64,000 nucleotides of DNA from Gemmobacter sp. (GTDB lineage Bacteria > Pseudomonadota > Alphaproteobacteria > Rhodobacterales > Rhodobacteraceae), in assembly GCA_034519525.1 (NCBI GenBank), contig JAXHOJ010000018.1, positions 48-64,047 on the forward strand, read 5' to 3'. Both the position numbers and the translations under genes were made by a program. This document shows positions 51,971 to 63,586 of this stretch, piece by piece. Positions within the stretch are counted from its first letter, which is position 1; each line of letters starts with the position of its first letter. The notes under the pieces are model-generated. The model saw only the letters and a list, made by a program, of their open reading frames with translations. It was not told the DNA's origin and made no database searches.

Positions 51971-53341
51971 ATGCCCGCAAACCTGACCCTTGATGCCCTG
52001 AAAGCCGCCGTCGCCGCAGGCGAGATCGACACTGTTGCCGCCTGTCTGGTGGATATGCAGGGCCGCCTGATGGGCAAACGCTTTCACGCCCAGCATTTCC
52101 TCGATTCTGCCTATGAGGAAACCCACTGCTGCAACTACCTGCTCGCCACCGATATGGAGATGCATACCGTGCCCGGCTATGCCAGCACCTCCTGGGCGGC
52201 AGGTTACGGCGATTATGTGATGAAGCCCGATCTGGCCACCCTGCGCCGCCTGCCCTGGGCGCCGGGCACCGCCATGGTGATGTGCGACGTGCTGGACCAT
52301 CACACCCACGAACCCGTGCCCCATGCCCCGCGCGCGGTGCTGAAACGCCAGGTCGAACGTGCCCGCGCCATGGGCTTTGACGCGATGATGGCGACCGAAC
52401 TGGAATTCTTCCTGTTCGACGAAACCTTCGCCGATCTGTTCGACCGCGGCTTCCCGCTGCCCACGCCCAAGGCGCGGCACAATGTCGATTACTCGATCTG
52501 GGGCACCAGCGCGGATGAGCCGATCATGCGCGACATCCGCAACAAGCTGTGGGATGCGGGCATCCCGATCGAATGTTCCAAGGGCGAGGCCGACGCCGGG
52601 CAGGAAGAGGTGAACGCCCGCTATTCCGATGCGCTGGATACCGCCGACATGCACAGCATCATCAAGCTGGGCGTGAAGCAGATCGCACAGGCGCATGGCG
52701 CATCTGTCACCTTCATGGCGAAATACGATCACCGCAAGGCCGGATCATCCAGCCATATTCACCAGTCGCTGTGGAAGGACGGCAAGCCCGCCTTCCGCGA
52801 CAAGGCCGACCCGCACGGCATGTCGCCGCTGATGAAGCACTATCATGGCCGGGCCAGCTGGCCCATGCCGAGGAAATCACCGCGTTTCTGGCGCCCTACG
52901 TCAACAGCTACAAACGCTTCGTCGTGGGCATGTTCGCACCGACCAAAGCCGTCTGGTCGCTCGACAACCGCACCGCCGGCTTCCGCGTCTGCGGCGAAGG
53001 CAGCAAGGCCGTGCGGGTCGAATGCCGCATCGGCGGCGCCGACCTGAACCCCTATCTGGCCTGCGCCGCGCTGCTGGCCGCCGGGCTGGACGGGATCGAG
53101 AAGAAGATGGAGCTGGAGCCGGAAATGAAGGGCGACATGTATGCCGCCGCCGGTGCGCGTGAAATCCCCAAAACCCTGGGCGCCGCCGCCGCCGCGCTGA
53201 AAGGTTCGGCCATGCTGCGGGCGGCCTTTGGCGATGATGTGGTGGATCACTACGTCCATGCCGCCGAATGGGAATTGCACGAGACAGGACCGCGTGGTCA
53301 CCGATTGGGAACGCGCAGCGCGGCTTCTGGAGCGGGCCTGA
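51971..53341 (+). CDS. Glutamine synthetase-like gamma-glutamylamide ligase, frameshifts near 52850 and 53290
   Basis: DMQGRLMGKR, ATELEFFLF, VTFMAK, GSSSHIHQSL, NSYKRF, DNRT, ECRIGGADLNPY. Confidence 0.9.
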
Positions 53342-53405
53342 CGCCAGGCCGCGGCAACCGGCGCCGCCGCGATGCAGGCAGGCCCCTGAAAAGTGACGAA
53401 GACCG

Positions 53406-54797
53406 ATGAAACCCATCCAACTGCATCTCGCCGGTTGATGGCTCGGTCTATGCCGAACGCACGCCGCTGACCGCCGCGACGCGGCCGTCGCCGCGGCGCC
53501 GCCCGCGCCAAGGCCGCGCAAAAGGCCTGGGCCGCGCGCCCGCTGGCCGACCGTATCGCGCTGGTCAAGGCCGGCGTCGCCAAGCTGAACGACATGAAGG
53601 AAGCGCATGGTCGAGGAACTGGCCTGGCAGATGGGCCGCCCCACCCGCTATGGCGGCGAATGGGGCGGCGTGAACGACCGCACCAATTACATGGCCGATA
53701 TCGCCGCCGCGACGCTGGCGCCGCAGCTGGTGGAAGACAGCGACCGCTTCACCCGCTATCTGGCGCGCGAAGCCGTGGGCGTGGTCTTCATCATCGCGCC
53801 GTGGAACTACCCTTACCTCACCACCATCAACACCCTCGCCCCCGCCCTGATCGCGGGCAACACCGTGGTGCTGAAACACGCCTGCCAGACCCTGCTGGTC
53901 GGCGAACGTCTGGCCGAGGCCTTCCATGCCGCAGGCGTGCCGGAGGATGTGTTCCAGAATGTCGTGCTGGACCATGCCACGACCGAAGAGCTGATCGGCG
54001 CGCGGGCTTTCAACTTCATCAACTTCACCGGCTCGGTCGGCGGCGGCGCGGCGATCGAAAAGGCGGCGGCGGGCACCTTCACCGGCACCGGGCTGGAACT
54101 GGGCGGCAAAGACCCCGGCTATGTGCGCGCCGATGCCGATCTGGACGCGGCGGTGGACAGCCTGATGGACGGCGCGATGTATAACGCGGGCCAGTGCTGC
54201 TGCGGGATCGAGCGCATCTATGTGCATGAAAGCCTTTATGACGCCTTTGTCGAAAAGGCCGTGGCCTGGGTCAAGGCGCTAAAGCTGGGCAATCCCTTCG
54301 ATGCCGCCAGCACGCTGGGCCCGATGGCCAACAAGCGATTCGCCGCCGTGGTGCGCGCCCAGATCGCCGAGGCGGTTGCGGCAGGTGCCAGGCCGCTGAT
54401 CGACCCGGCCGATTTTCCCGCCGATGACGGCGGCGCCTATCTGGCCCCGCAGATCCTCGTGAACGTCGATCATTCGATGCGGGTGATGATGGAAGAAAGC
54501 TTCGGCCCCGTCGTCGGCATCATGAAGGTGTCGGGCGATGACGAAGCCCTGCAGCTGATGAACGACAGCCCCTATGGCCTGACCGCCTCGATCTGGACGG
54601 CGGATGCCGACAAGGCCGCCGAACTGGGCGCGCAGATCGAAACCGGCACCGTGTTCATGAACCGCTGCGATTACCTCGACCCCGCGCTGTGCTGGACCGG
54701 CTGCAAGGATACCGGGCGTGGCGGCTCGCTGTCCTATCTTGGCTTCTTCTCGGTCACCCGGCCGAAATCCTACCATCTGAAAAAGGTGACGAAATGA
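53406..54797 (+). CDS. Aldehyde dehydrogenase, frameshifted 5' part
   Basis: PWNYP, FTGS, LELGGKDP, NAGQCCC, EESFGP. Confidence 0.9.
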
Positions 54798-55961
54798 CCG
54801 CGCATAACGTTCCGAACCGGAACTGGTCCTACCCCACAGCCATCAAGTTCGGCGTGGGCCGCATTGCCGAACTGGCCGAACATTGCAAGGCCGCCAGCGG
54901 CATCACCAAGCCGCTGCTGGTGACCGACAAGGCGCTTGCCGCCCTGCCGATCACCGCGCAGACGCTGCGACGTGCTGGAGCGCCGCCGGTCTGGGCGATG
55001 CGGTGTTTTCCGAAGTCGACCCGAACCCGAACGAAACGAACATGGCCGATGGCATCAAGGCCTATCTGGCCGGTGGCCATGATGGCGTGATCTGCTTTGG
55101 CGGCGGTTCCGCGCTGGATCTGGGCAAGATGATCGCCCTGATGGCGCATCAGCGCGCGGGCCTTTCGGTCTGGGATCTGGAAGATATCGACGATTGGTAT
55201 ACCCGCGCCGATGCGTCGAAAATCGCCCCGATCATCGCCGTGCCCACCACCGCCGGCACCGGGTCCGAGGTGGGCCGCGCCGGCGTGCTGACCAATTCCG
55301 AAACCCACAAGAAGAAGATCATCTTCCACCCCAAGCTGATGCCCGCCGTCACGATCTGCGATCCGGCGCTGACCGTGGGGATGCCGCGCTTCATCACCGC
55401 AGGCACCGGCATGGATGCGCTGGCGCATTGTCTCGAGGCCTATTGCAGCCCGTTCTACCACCCGATGTCGCAGGGCATCGCGCTGGAGGGGATGCGGCTG
55501 GTCTTCGAAAATCTGCCGAAGTCTATGAAAACCCCGGCAATCTGGATGCCCGCGCCCATATGATGAGCGCGGCTGCCATGGGTGCCGTGGCCTTCCAGAA
55601 GGGTCTGGGCGCGATCCACAGCCTCAGCCACCCGATCGGCGCGGTGTATAACACCCATCACGGCACCACCAATGCCGTGGTCATGCCCATGGTGCTGGAA
55701 TTCAACCGCGCGGCCATCGAAGACCGCATCGAAAAGGCCGCCGCCTATCTGGGCATCCCCGGCGGTTTCGCGGGCTTTCATGACCAGATCATGGAACTGC
55801 GCAGCAAGCTGAACATCCCCGAAAACCTGTCGGCCATGGGCGTGCAATTCGCCGATCTGGACAGGCTGACCGAGATGGCGCTGGAAGATCCCTCCTGCGG
55901 TGGCAACCCGATTGCGATGACGCGCGAAAATACCCGCGCGCTGTTTGACGCCTGCATGTAA
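54794..55961 (+). CDS. Iron-containing alcohol dehydrogenase, frameshifts
   Basis: GGGSALDLGK, AVPTTAGTGSE, DALAHCLEAY, HSLSH, HHG. Confidence 0.9.
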
Positions 55962-56018
55962 TCGCAGGGGCGCCGGTCTGCACAGGGCGAGCGGCGCCCC
56001 CTTTTGCCGATGGATAGA

Positions 56019-57263
56019 ATGACCGAACATCTGACCACCGATATCGCCGTGATCGGCGCGGGCGCCGTGGGTATGGCCTGCGCCCTGCAACTGGCCGCGG
56101 CCGGGCATGATGTGGTGATCCTTGATCCCAACACGCCCGGTTCGGGCGCCTCTTACGGCAATGCGGGCACCATCGCCGATTACGCGGTGCAGCCCGTGGG
56201 CACGCCCGACGTGCTGAAGAACCTGCCTTCCCTGCTGTTTGACCGCAATTCGCCACTGGCCATCCGCCGCGCGGCGCTGCCCGCGCTGGCGCCCTGGCTC
56301 ATGCGGTTTGCCCGGCAAAGCCTGCCGGGCGCGGCACGGCACAATGCCCGGGCCATCGCCGCGCTGGTCGGTTCGGCCAATGCCAGCTGGCAGACATTCG
56401 CCGCCGAAATCGGGGGCAGCGATATCCTGCAACACCGCGGCTGTCTTTATCTTTACGAAACCGCCGCCGCCTTTCGTGCCGCCCATGCCGATATGGCACA
56501 GCGCCGGGGGCTGGGGATTGCCGTCGATCTGCTGACCGCCCACGAGCTGGCGGGGATGGAGCCGGGCCTGCCCGGCGTCGATGGTGGTGCTGCCTATTTT
56601 CCGAAAGCCATCTTTCTGTCCGACCCCGGGCTGATGATGCAGCGGCTGGCCAGCCGGATCGCCGCCCTGAACGTGCTGCATCGCAAGGCTGCGGTCACCG
56701 GCCTGACCCGTCTGGTCGATGGCATAAGGCTGGATGCTCCCGGCCTGACCCTGCACGCCCGCCGCGTGGTGATTGCCGCAGGCGCCCATTCCCGCGCGCT
56801 GGCCGCGCAGGCGGGCGACCGTGTGCCGCTCGATACCGAACGCGGTTATCATGTGGAATGGGACATGGCCGCGCCAAGGCTGACCCGCCCCACCTGCCCC
56901 ACCACCCGCGGCTTCTATCTCTGCCCGATGAGCGGCCGGTTGCGTGTGGCAGGCACAGTGGAGCTGGGCGGCCTGACCGCCCCGCCCTCGCCGCATCGCA
57001 TCAACCGGCTGATCGACGGCGCGCGGGCGATCTTTCCCGACCTCGGCGCCCCAGACCGTGACTGGATGGGCTTTCGCCCCTCGATGCCCGACAGCCTGCC
57101 GGTGATCGGCCCCTCTGCCGCCGGGGCGGATGTGATCCATGCCTATGGCCATGGCCATATCGGCTTGACTCTGGCCCCGATCACGGCACGGATCGTCGCG
57201 GCGCTGGTGGCAGGCAAGGCACCAGAGCTGGACATCGCGCCCTATGCGGTGACGCGGTTCTAG
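56019..57263 (+). CDS. FAD-dependent oxidoreductase (DAO/DadA family)
   Basis: IAVIGAGAVG, ASYGNAG, ERGYH, WMGFRPSMPDSLPVIG, GHGHIGLT. Confidence 0.9.
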   Translation: MTEHLTTDIAVIGAGAVGMACALQLAAAGHDVVILDPNTPGSGASYGNAGTIADYAVQPVGTPDVLKNLPSLLFDRNSPLAIRRAALPALAPWLMRFARQSLPGAARHNARAIAALVGSANASWQTFAAEIGGSDILQHRGCLYLYETAAAFRAAHADMAQRRGLGIAVDLLTAHELAGMEPGLPGVDGGAAYFPKAIFLSDPGLMMQRLASRIAALNVLHRKAAVTGLTRLVDGIRLDAPGLTLHARRVVIAAGAHSRALAAQAGDRVPLDTERGYHVEWDMAAPRLTRPTCPTTRGFYLCPMSGRLRVAGTVELGGLTAPPSPHRINRLIDGARAIFPDLGAPDRDWMGFRPSMPDSLPVIGPSAAGADVIHAYGHGHIGLTLAPITARIVAALVAGKAPELDIAPYAVTRF

Positions 57264-57323
57264 TGGAAACCAAGCCGGGGCTTTTGCCCCGGACCCCAGT
57301 GGTAATTTTGCAGAAAAAGGAAG

Positions 57324-58342
57324 ATGGCAGCCGTGCGCAAGGCTTTGGTAACGGGTTCGGCAGGGTTCATCGGCTATCACCTGTGCCAGCGGCTGCTGGC
57401 CGAGGGCTGGCAGGTGCTGGGCCTGGACGGGATGAGCGATTACTACGATGTCACGCTGAAACAGCGCCGCCATGCCATGCTGAGCCAGAATCCCGGCTTT
57501 CGCGCCGTCGAGGGGCTGGCTGGAAGATGCCGGGCCTGCTGCGCGGACCTGATGGCCACCGATTTCGCGCCCGATGTGGTGGTGCATCTGGCGGCGCAGG
57601 CCGGGGTGCGCTGGTCGATCGAGGCGCCGCGCGCTTATCTGGAGGCCAATCTGATCGGCAGTTTCGAACTGCTGGAGGCCGCGCGCGCGCATCCGCCTGC
57701 GCATCTGCTGATGGCCTCCACCTCATCGGTCTATGGCGCCAATGCCGAAATGCCCTATGCCGAAACCCATCGCGCCGATCACCCGATGAGCTTTTATGCC
57801 GCCACCAAGAAGGCGAGCGAGGCGATGGCCCATTCCTATGCCCATCTCTACGGCCTGCCGACCACCATGTTCCGCTTCTTCACCGTCTATGGCCCCTGGG
57901 GGCGGCCCGACATGGCGCTGTTCAAATTCGTCAAGGCGATCCTTTCGGGCCAGCCGATCGACATCTACAACCACGGCGACATGCGGCGCGATTTCACCTA
58001 TGTCGATGATCTTGTCGAAGGCATCCGCCGCCTGATCGACGCGGTCCCGGCACGGCGCGCCGGTGGGCGCCGATGGACAGCCTGTCGCCTGTGGCGCCCT
58101 GGCGGGTGGTGAACATCGGCAATGGCGCGCCGGTGCCGCTGATGGAATTCGTGGCCGCCATCGAGGCCGCCACCGGCCGCATCGCAACAAAACGCCTGCT
58201 GCCGATGCAGCCCGGCGATGTGCCTGCCACCTGGGCCGATGCCAGGCTGATCGAGGCGCTCACCGGCCCGTTGCCCCGTACGGACATCCGCGCCGGTGTG
58301 CAGAAATTCGTCGACTGGTATCGTGGATATTACGCTGTCTGA
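57324..58342 (+). CDS. NAD-dependent epimerase (UDP-glucuronate 4-epimerase-like), frameshifts
   Basis: [43 protein letters not shown]. Confidence 0.9.
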
Positions 58343-58396
58343 ACCGGGGTTTGCACTGTCCCGCCAGCGGGCGCAGTTTGTATGGCATCCGGGAGG

Positions 58397-59383
58397 CTAG
58401 AGTAGGCCCGGCACCACCTGATCCGGCGGGCGGTGCCCATCGGCGAAGGTCTTGATGTTCAGGATCACCTTCTCGCCCATCTCCACCCTGCCCTCGACCG
58501 TGGCAGAGCCCATATGCGGCAGCAGCACCACATTGGGCAGTTCGCGCAGGCGGGGATTGATCTCATGGCCATGTTCGAACACGTCCAGCCCCGCCCCGGC
58601 GATCTCGCCCGCGCGCAGGCCGCGCGTCAGGGCGTTTTCGTCGATCACCTCGCCGCGCGAGGTGTTCAGCACCACCGCCGTCGGTTTCAGAAGCTTCAGC
58701 CGCCGCGCATTGAGCAGGTGAAAGGTCGAAGGCGTATGCGGGCAGTTGACCGAGATCACATCCATCCGGGCGACCATCTGATCGAGGCTTTCCCACCAGG
58801 TCGCCTCCAGCTCGGCCTCGGTTTCGGGGCGCAGGCGGCGGCGGTTGTGGTAATGGACCTGCATCCCGAAGGCCCGCGCCCGCCGCGCCACCGCCTGGCC
58901 GATCCGGCCCATCCCCAGAATGCCCAGGCGGCGCCCGCCAATGCGCCCGCCCAGATGCGCCATGGGCGACCAGCCCTGCCAGCGCCCGGCCTGCATTTCC
59001 GCCATGCCTTCGGGCATGCGGCGCACCACCCCAAGCAGCAGCGCCATCACCATATCGGCGGTATCCTCGGCCCCGACGCCCGGAGTATTGGAGACCAGAA
59101 TCCCACGCGCCCGCGCGGTCGACACGTCGATATGATCCACCCCGGCGCCATAATTGGCGATCAGCTTCAGCCGCTCGCCCGCCTGGCCCAGCAGGCCCGC
59201 GTCGATCTGATCGGTCACACAGGGCACCAGCACATCGCAGCGGTTCATCGCATCGGCCAGTTCTTCGCGGCTCATCCTTGTGTCGGGATCGCGCAGTTCC
59301 ACATCGAACAGCTCCTTCATCCGGGTCTCCACGACCTCTGGCAGATGGCGCGTTACGATCACACTCAGGCGTTTGGCGGGCAT
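58397..59383 (-). CDS. D-isomer 2-hydroxyacid dehydrogenase (glyoxylate reductase-like)
   Basis: GILGMGRIG, NTSRG, GLDVFE, LPHMGSAT. Confidence 0.9.
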   Translation of the reverse strand: MPAKRLSVIVTRHLPEVVETRMKELFDVELRDPDTRMSREELADAMNRCDVLVPCVTDQIDAGLLGQAGERLKLIANYGAGVDHIDVSTARARGILVSNTPGVGAEDTADMVMALLLGVVRRMPEGMAEMQAGRWQGWSPMAHLGGRIGGRRLGILGMGRIGQAVARRARAFGMQVHYHNRRRLRPETEAELEATWWESLDQMVARMDVISVNCPHTPSTFHLLNARRLKLLKPTAVVLNTSRGEVIDENALTRGLRAGEIAGAGLDVFEHGHEINPRLRELPNVVLLPHMGSATVEGRVEMGEKVILNIKTFADGHRPPDQVVPGLL

Positions 59384-59592
59384 GGGCTTCCTCCCTCGGC
59401 TGTCAGGCGCGGCATGGGGCTTCGGGCACTTCCAAATCCCCGCGACTGCTGGCAAGGTGCCGTCTTGCGGGGCGGGGCACAAGCCCTGCCGAACCACAGA
59501 GCAATAAAGTTGCGGCGCTAACATGCCGCAGGCGCAGTAATCCGGGAGTCTGGGCAGCTTTGCCGCGGCCCGGCCCGGAAAGGACGGAAGAT

Positions 59593-60324
59593 ATGGCAGG
59601 AAGTTTCAGCGATTTCGGCAGGGCACTGGCTTGTGCCGCCGTATTCGCGGCAATGCCGCCCGCGCTTTGGGCACAGGCCAATCCGCCAGTGATGGGCGAG
59701 GAAACCGGCGGCACCAGTTCGCAGGAACCGCCGCTGACCGAAGAGGATACCGGCGGGTTTATCGGCGGCCCTACCGCCCTGCCCGCGACCGGGCAACCCA
59801 CCGTCACCCCCCGCCCCCGGCCCGATACGCTGGCCATACCGGAGGGCGCCGTTCAGACGCTGCCGGATGGCAGCACGGAATCGCTGCCCGCATCCGGGGA
59901 AGGCGCGGTGACACGCCTGCCCTTGCCCCGCTTCGTCACGCTGAAGACCGATGAAGGCAATGCCCGGCGCGGCCCCGGTCTCAGCCACCGGATTGACTGG
60001 GTGTTCAAACGCGCGGGGATGCCGCTGCGGGTGACGGCGGAATATGAAAACTGGCGCCGGGTCGAAGATCAGGAAGGTCTGGGCGGCTGGGTGCATTATT
60101 CGCTGCTTTCCGGTGTGCGGTCGGTGCTGATCCAGGCTGAACAGGCCGAATTCCGCGCCGCCCCGGACAGCACGGCCGAGGTAGTGGTGCGCGCGGAACG
60201 CAATGTGATTGCCCGCATCCTGCAATGCACCCCCGACTGGTGCCGCCTGACGGCGGATGGCGAACGCGGCTGGGTCAGCAAGGCCGCGCTCTGGGGGGTA
60301 GACCCCGGCGAAGTGATCGAGTAA
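59593..60324 (+). CDS. Secreted bacterial SH3 (SH3_4) domain protein
   Basis: LPLPRFVTLK...NARRGPG...WRRVED..G..GWVH; signal peptide and low-complexity linker. Confidence 0.85.
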   Translation: MAGSFSDFGRALACAAVFAAMPPALWAQANPPVMGEETGGTSSQEPPLTEEDTGGFIGGPTALPATGQPTVTPRPRPDTLAIPEGAVQTLPDGSTESLPASGEGAVTRLPLPRFVTLKTDEGNARRGPGLSHRIDWVFKRAGMPLRVTAEYENWRRVEDQEGLGGWVHYSLLSGVRSVLIQAEQAEFRAAPDSTAEVVVRAERNVIARILQCTPDWCRLTADGERGWVSKAALWGVDPGEVIE

Positions 60325-60366
60325 CCCGCCCCTCCGGGACTGGGAGGCCCGGCATTACAGGAGAAG

Positions 60367-61269
60367 ATGCCGATGCAATCGCAGACCGGGCTGAAACTGT
60401 CGGCGGGCATTGCCTCGCTTGCCGTGGCCGCCACCCTTGTTGCCCTGAAGCTCTGGGCGCTATCGCAGACCCAGGCGCTGTCGATCGCAGCCTCGCTGGC
60501 GGACAGCACGCTGGATCTGATGATGAGTCTGGGCGCCATGGCGGCGCTGGTCTATGCCGCCAAGCCCGCCGACGACGATCACAATTTCGGCCATAGTTCC
60601 GTCGAGGATCTGGCGGCGCTGGCACAGGCGCTGGTGGTGGGCGTGTCTGCGGTGGTGATCGGCTGGGCGGCGGTGGCAAGGCTGCTGTCGGGCGAGGCCT
60701 CGCCCATCGCATCGGAAAGCGCGGGCGTTGCGGTCATGGTGATCTCCATGGGGCTGACGCTGGCGCTGGTGCTGTGGCAGGGGCTGGTGGCCCGCAAGAC
60801 CGGCAGCCGCGTGGTGGCCGCCGACCGCCTGCATTATCTGGGCGATCTGGTGCCTGCCGCCGGGGCCATCGTGTCGCTGCTGGCGGCGCGCTGGTTCGGC
60901 ATCTATCAGATCGACAGCATCGTGGCGCTGGCGGCGGCGGGCACGCTGGCCTTTGGCGCGGTGCAGATCTTCAAGGGCGCCTGGGATGCGCTGATGGACC
61001 GGCAGGCCGACCCCGAGGTGATCGAAGGCATTGCCACCCTGGCGCGCAACTGGCCCGAGGTGCGGGGCTTTCACGATCTGAAAACGCGCACGGCCGGCAG
61101 CCGCATCTTCGTGCACCTGCATATCGAGCTGGACGGCGATCTGACGCTGCGCGAGGCGCATGACATCGGCGCCGGTCTGCGCCGCACCATTCTTCTGGCC
61201 TATCCGCAAACCGATGTGATCATCCACAAGGATGTCGCCCCCACCGAAAGGCAAGCCGATGCTGTTTGA
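60367..61269 (+). CDS. Cation diffusion facilitator (FieF-like)
   Basis: SLADSTLD, PADDDHNFGH, DRLHYLGD, HDLKTR, IIHKD. Confidence 0.92.
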   Translation: MPMQSQTGLKLSAGIASLAVAATLVALKLWALSQTQALSIAASLADSTLDLMMSLGAMAALVYAAKPADDDHNFGHSSVEDLAALAQALVVGVSAVVIGWAAVARLLSGEASPIASESAGVAVMVISMGLTLALVLWQGLVARKTGSRVVAADRLHYLGDLVPAAGAIVSLLAARWFGIYQIDSIVALAAAGTLAFGAVQIFKGAWDALMDRQADPEVIEGIATLARNWPEVRGFHDLKTRTAGSRIFVHLHIELDGDLTLREAHDIGAGLRRTILLAYPQTDVIIHKDVAPTERQADAV

Positions 61270-61885
61270 TCTGGAAGCGCTGGACGGCGCCATGGCCTAC
61301 AAGCTGCTGACCGCCACGGTCCAGCCGCGCCCCATTGCCTGGGTCACCACACGGGGCGCCGACGGGGCGGTGAACTGCGCGCCCTTCAGCTTTTTCAACG
61401 CCATGGGTGGCAGCCCGCCCATCGTGGCGCTGGGGCTGCAACCGCGCGGCGGGGTGCTGAAGGATACCGGCCGCAACATTCTGGAAACCGGCGAATTTGT
61501 GGTGAATCTTGTGCCGCACCGGCTGGTGGATCAGATGAACATCACCTGTGTCGATGCGCCCCCCGGTGTGAACGAGCTGGAACTGGCGGGGCTGGCCACC
61601 ACCCCTTCGGTCAAGGTGGCGCCACCGCGCATCGCGGAAAGCCCGGTCAGCCTGGAGTGCCGGGTTCTGGAAACGGTGAAGGCAGGCACCTTGCAGCTGG
61701 TGGTGATCGGGCAGGTTCTGGCCCTGCATGTGGCCGATGATCTGGTGTCCGATCCGGCGCGCGGCCATCTGAAAACCCGCGATCTGGATCTGGTCACCCG
61801 GGGTGGCGCGCAGGATTACTATCGTCAGGGCGAGATTTTCACGCTGGTCCGGCCGCTGTGGTCTGATCTGGCGCCGAAGGATTAA
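61259..61885 (+). CDS. Flavin reductase-like protein
   Basis: PRPIAWVTT, NCAPFSFFN, KDTGRNI, ESPVSLEC. Confidence 0.9.
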   Translation: MLFDLEALDGAMAYKLLTATVQPRPIAWVTTRGADGAVNCAPFSFFNAMGGSPPIVALGLQPRGGVLKDTGRNILETGEFVVNLVPHRLVDQMNITCVDAPPGVNELELAGLATTPSVKVAPPRIAESPVSLECRVLETVKAGTLQLVVIGQVLALHVADDLVSDPARGHLKTRDLDLVTRGGAQDYYRQGEIFTLVRPLWSDLAPKD

Positions 61886-63498
61886 CGCGCATCCTCCAGC
61901 ACCTTTGCCGCGCCCTTCCAGCCGGTCAGGATGGCAGGGGCATTGGTATTGCCCGCGATCAGGTTCGGAAAGCTGGCGGCGTCGATGACGCGCAGCCCCT
62001 GCACGCCGCGCACCCGGCAGCGGGCATCCAGCACGCTGGTGGCCGGATCGGCGCCCATGCGGCAGGTGCAGGACGGGTGATAGACGGTGCCCGACCGGCG
62101 GCGGAAATCGTCGATCAGCGCATCATCATCTTGCACCGTGCAGGGCCCGGGCGCAGCTCTGTCGGCAATCAGCCGGGCCAGCGCGGGCTGGGCCGCCAGA
62201 TGGCGCAGGTATTTCACCGCCGCCAGCATTTCGGCCACATCATGATCGGTGGAAAAGGCATTGGCGGTGATCGCCGGATGCGCCAGCGGATCGGCACTGC
62301 GCAGCCTGATATGCCCGCGCGAGGTGGGGCGGCAGTTCGACAGGCCCAGCGACAGGCCCGGGAACGGATCGGGCGTCAGGATCGGGCGTTCGCCCTCGCG
62401 CGGCAGCAGGGTGGAAAAGGCCTGCATGTACAGCTGCATATTGGGGCGCGGCAGATCGGGCGCGGTGCGGAAGAAGCCGCCGCCATGGTTGATGGATTTC
62501 GCCAGCGGCCCCTGCCCGCCCAGAAAGTACTGCAACCCCGCCCGCAGCTTGCCCCACCAGGGGCGCAGTTCGTCGTTATAGGTCGGCACATTCATGCGGA
62601 AGGTATAATTGATGCCCTGATGATCGCTCAGATGATCGCCGACATGGGGGTTTTCGTGCAGCACCGGGATGCCAAGGCCCTGCAGCAGCGCCCCCGGCCC
62701 GATGCCCGACAGCTGCAACAGCTGCGGCGAATTGATGGCGCCGCCCGACAGGATCACCTCGCCCCTGGTGCGCAGGATATGGCGCTGGCCGCCCTGCAGA
62801 TATTCCACCCCCACGGCGCGCTGGCCATCAAAGACCACCCGCGTTGCCTGCGCCTGGGTGATGACGCGCAGATTGCCGCGCCGCATAGCCGGGCGCAGGA
62901 AGGCGCGGGCGGTGGAATTGCGCCGCGCGCCCTTGATCGTCATCTGATAGGGGCCTGCCCCTTCCTGCTGTGCCCCGTTGAAATCGGGGTTGAAGGGCAG
63001 GCCGGCCTGTGCGCAGGCGGCGATGTAATCCTGCACCAGCGGATGCAGGCCACGGGTATTGGCCGAGATGAACAGCGGCCCGCCGGTGCCACGCCAGGCA
63101 TCGCCCCCGGCCTCGGTATCCTCGATGGCGCGATAGGCGGGCAGCACATCCTCCCAGCCCCAGCCGGGCGCGGCCTGCCCCCAATCGTCGTAATCCGCCC
63201 GGTGCCCGCGGATCCAGACCATGGCATTGATCGAGGATGACCCGCCCAGCAGCCGCCCGCGCGGCCAGTGATCGCGCTGGCCCGCAAGGCCGGGATCGGG
63301 TTCGGCGCGATACATCCAGTTCACCGCCGGATCATAGAACAGCTTGCCATAGCCCAGCGGCAGGCCGACATAGAACCGCCGGTCCGTGCCGCCGGCCTCC
63401 AGCAGCGTCACCCGGTATCTGCCGGATTCGCTCAGCCGGTTGGCCAGCACACAGCCGGCCGATCCTGCCCCCACGATGATGAAATCGCTGTCTTCCAT
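61882..63498 (-). CDS. GMC oxidoreductase (choline dehydrogenase-like)
   Basis: IIVGAGSAG, RGRLLGGSSSINAM, YHPSCTCRMG, GNTNAP. Confidence 0.92.
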   Translation of the reverse strand: MEDSDFIIVGAGSAGCVLANRLSESGRYRVTLLEAGGTDRRFYVGLPLGYGKLFYDPAVNWMYRAEPDPGLAGQRDHWPRGRLLGGSSSINAMVWIRGHRADYDDWGQAAPGWGWEDVLPAYRAIEDTEAGGDAWRGTGGPLFISANTRGLHPLVQDYIAACAQAGLPFNPDFNGAQQEGAGPYQMTIKGARRNSTARAFLRPAMRRGNLRVITQAQATRVVFDGQRAVGVEYLQGGQRHILRTRGEVILSGGAINSPQLLQLSGIGPGALLQGLGIPVLHENPHVGDHLSDHQGINYTFRMNVPTYNDELRPWWGKLRAGLQYFLGGQGPLAKSINHGGGFFRTAPDLPRPNMQLYMQAFSTLLPREGERPILTPDPFPGLSLGLSNCRPTSRGHIRLRSADPLAHPAITANAFSTDHDVAEMLAAVKYLRHLAAQPALARLIADRAAPGPCTVQDDDALIDDFRRRSGTVYHPSCTCRMGADPATSVLDARCRVRGVQGLRVIDAASFPNLIAGNTNAPAILTGWKGAAKVLEDAR

Positions 63499-63586
63499 GC
63501 TGCCGCACCCCCGGAACAAGGGCAGAGCCTAGCGCGGCGGCCGGTCAGTGCCTGCTGCGGATGCGACAGGAAATGTCGCCGGTGGA

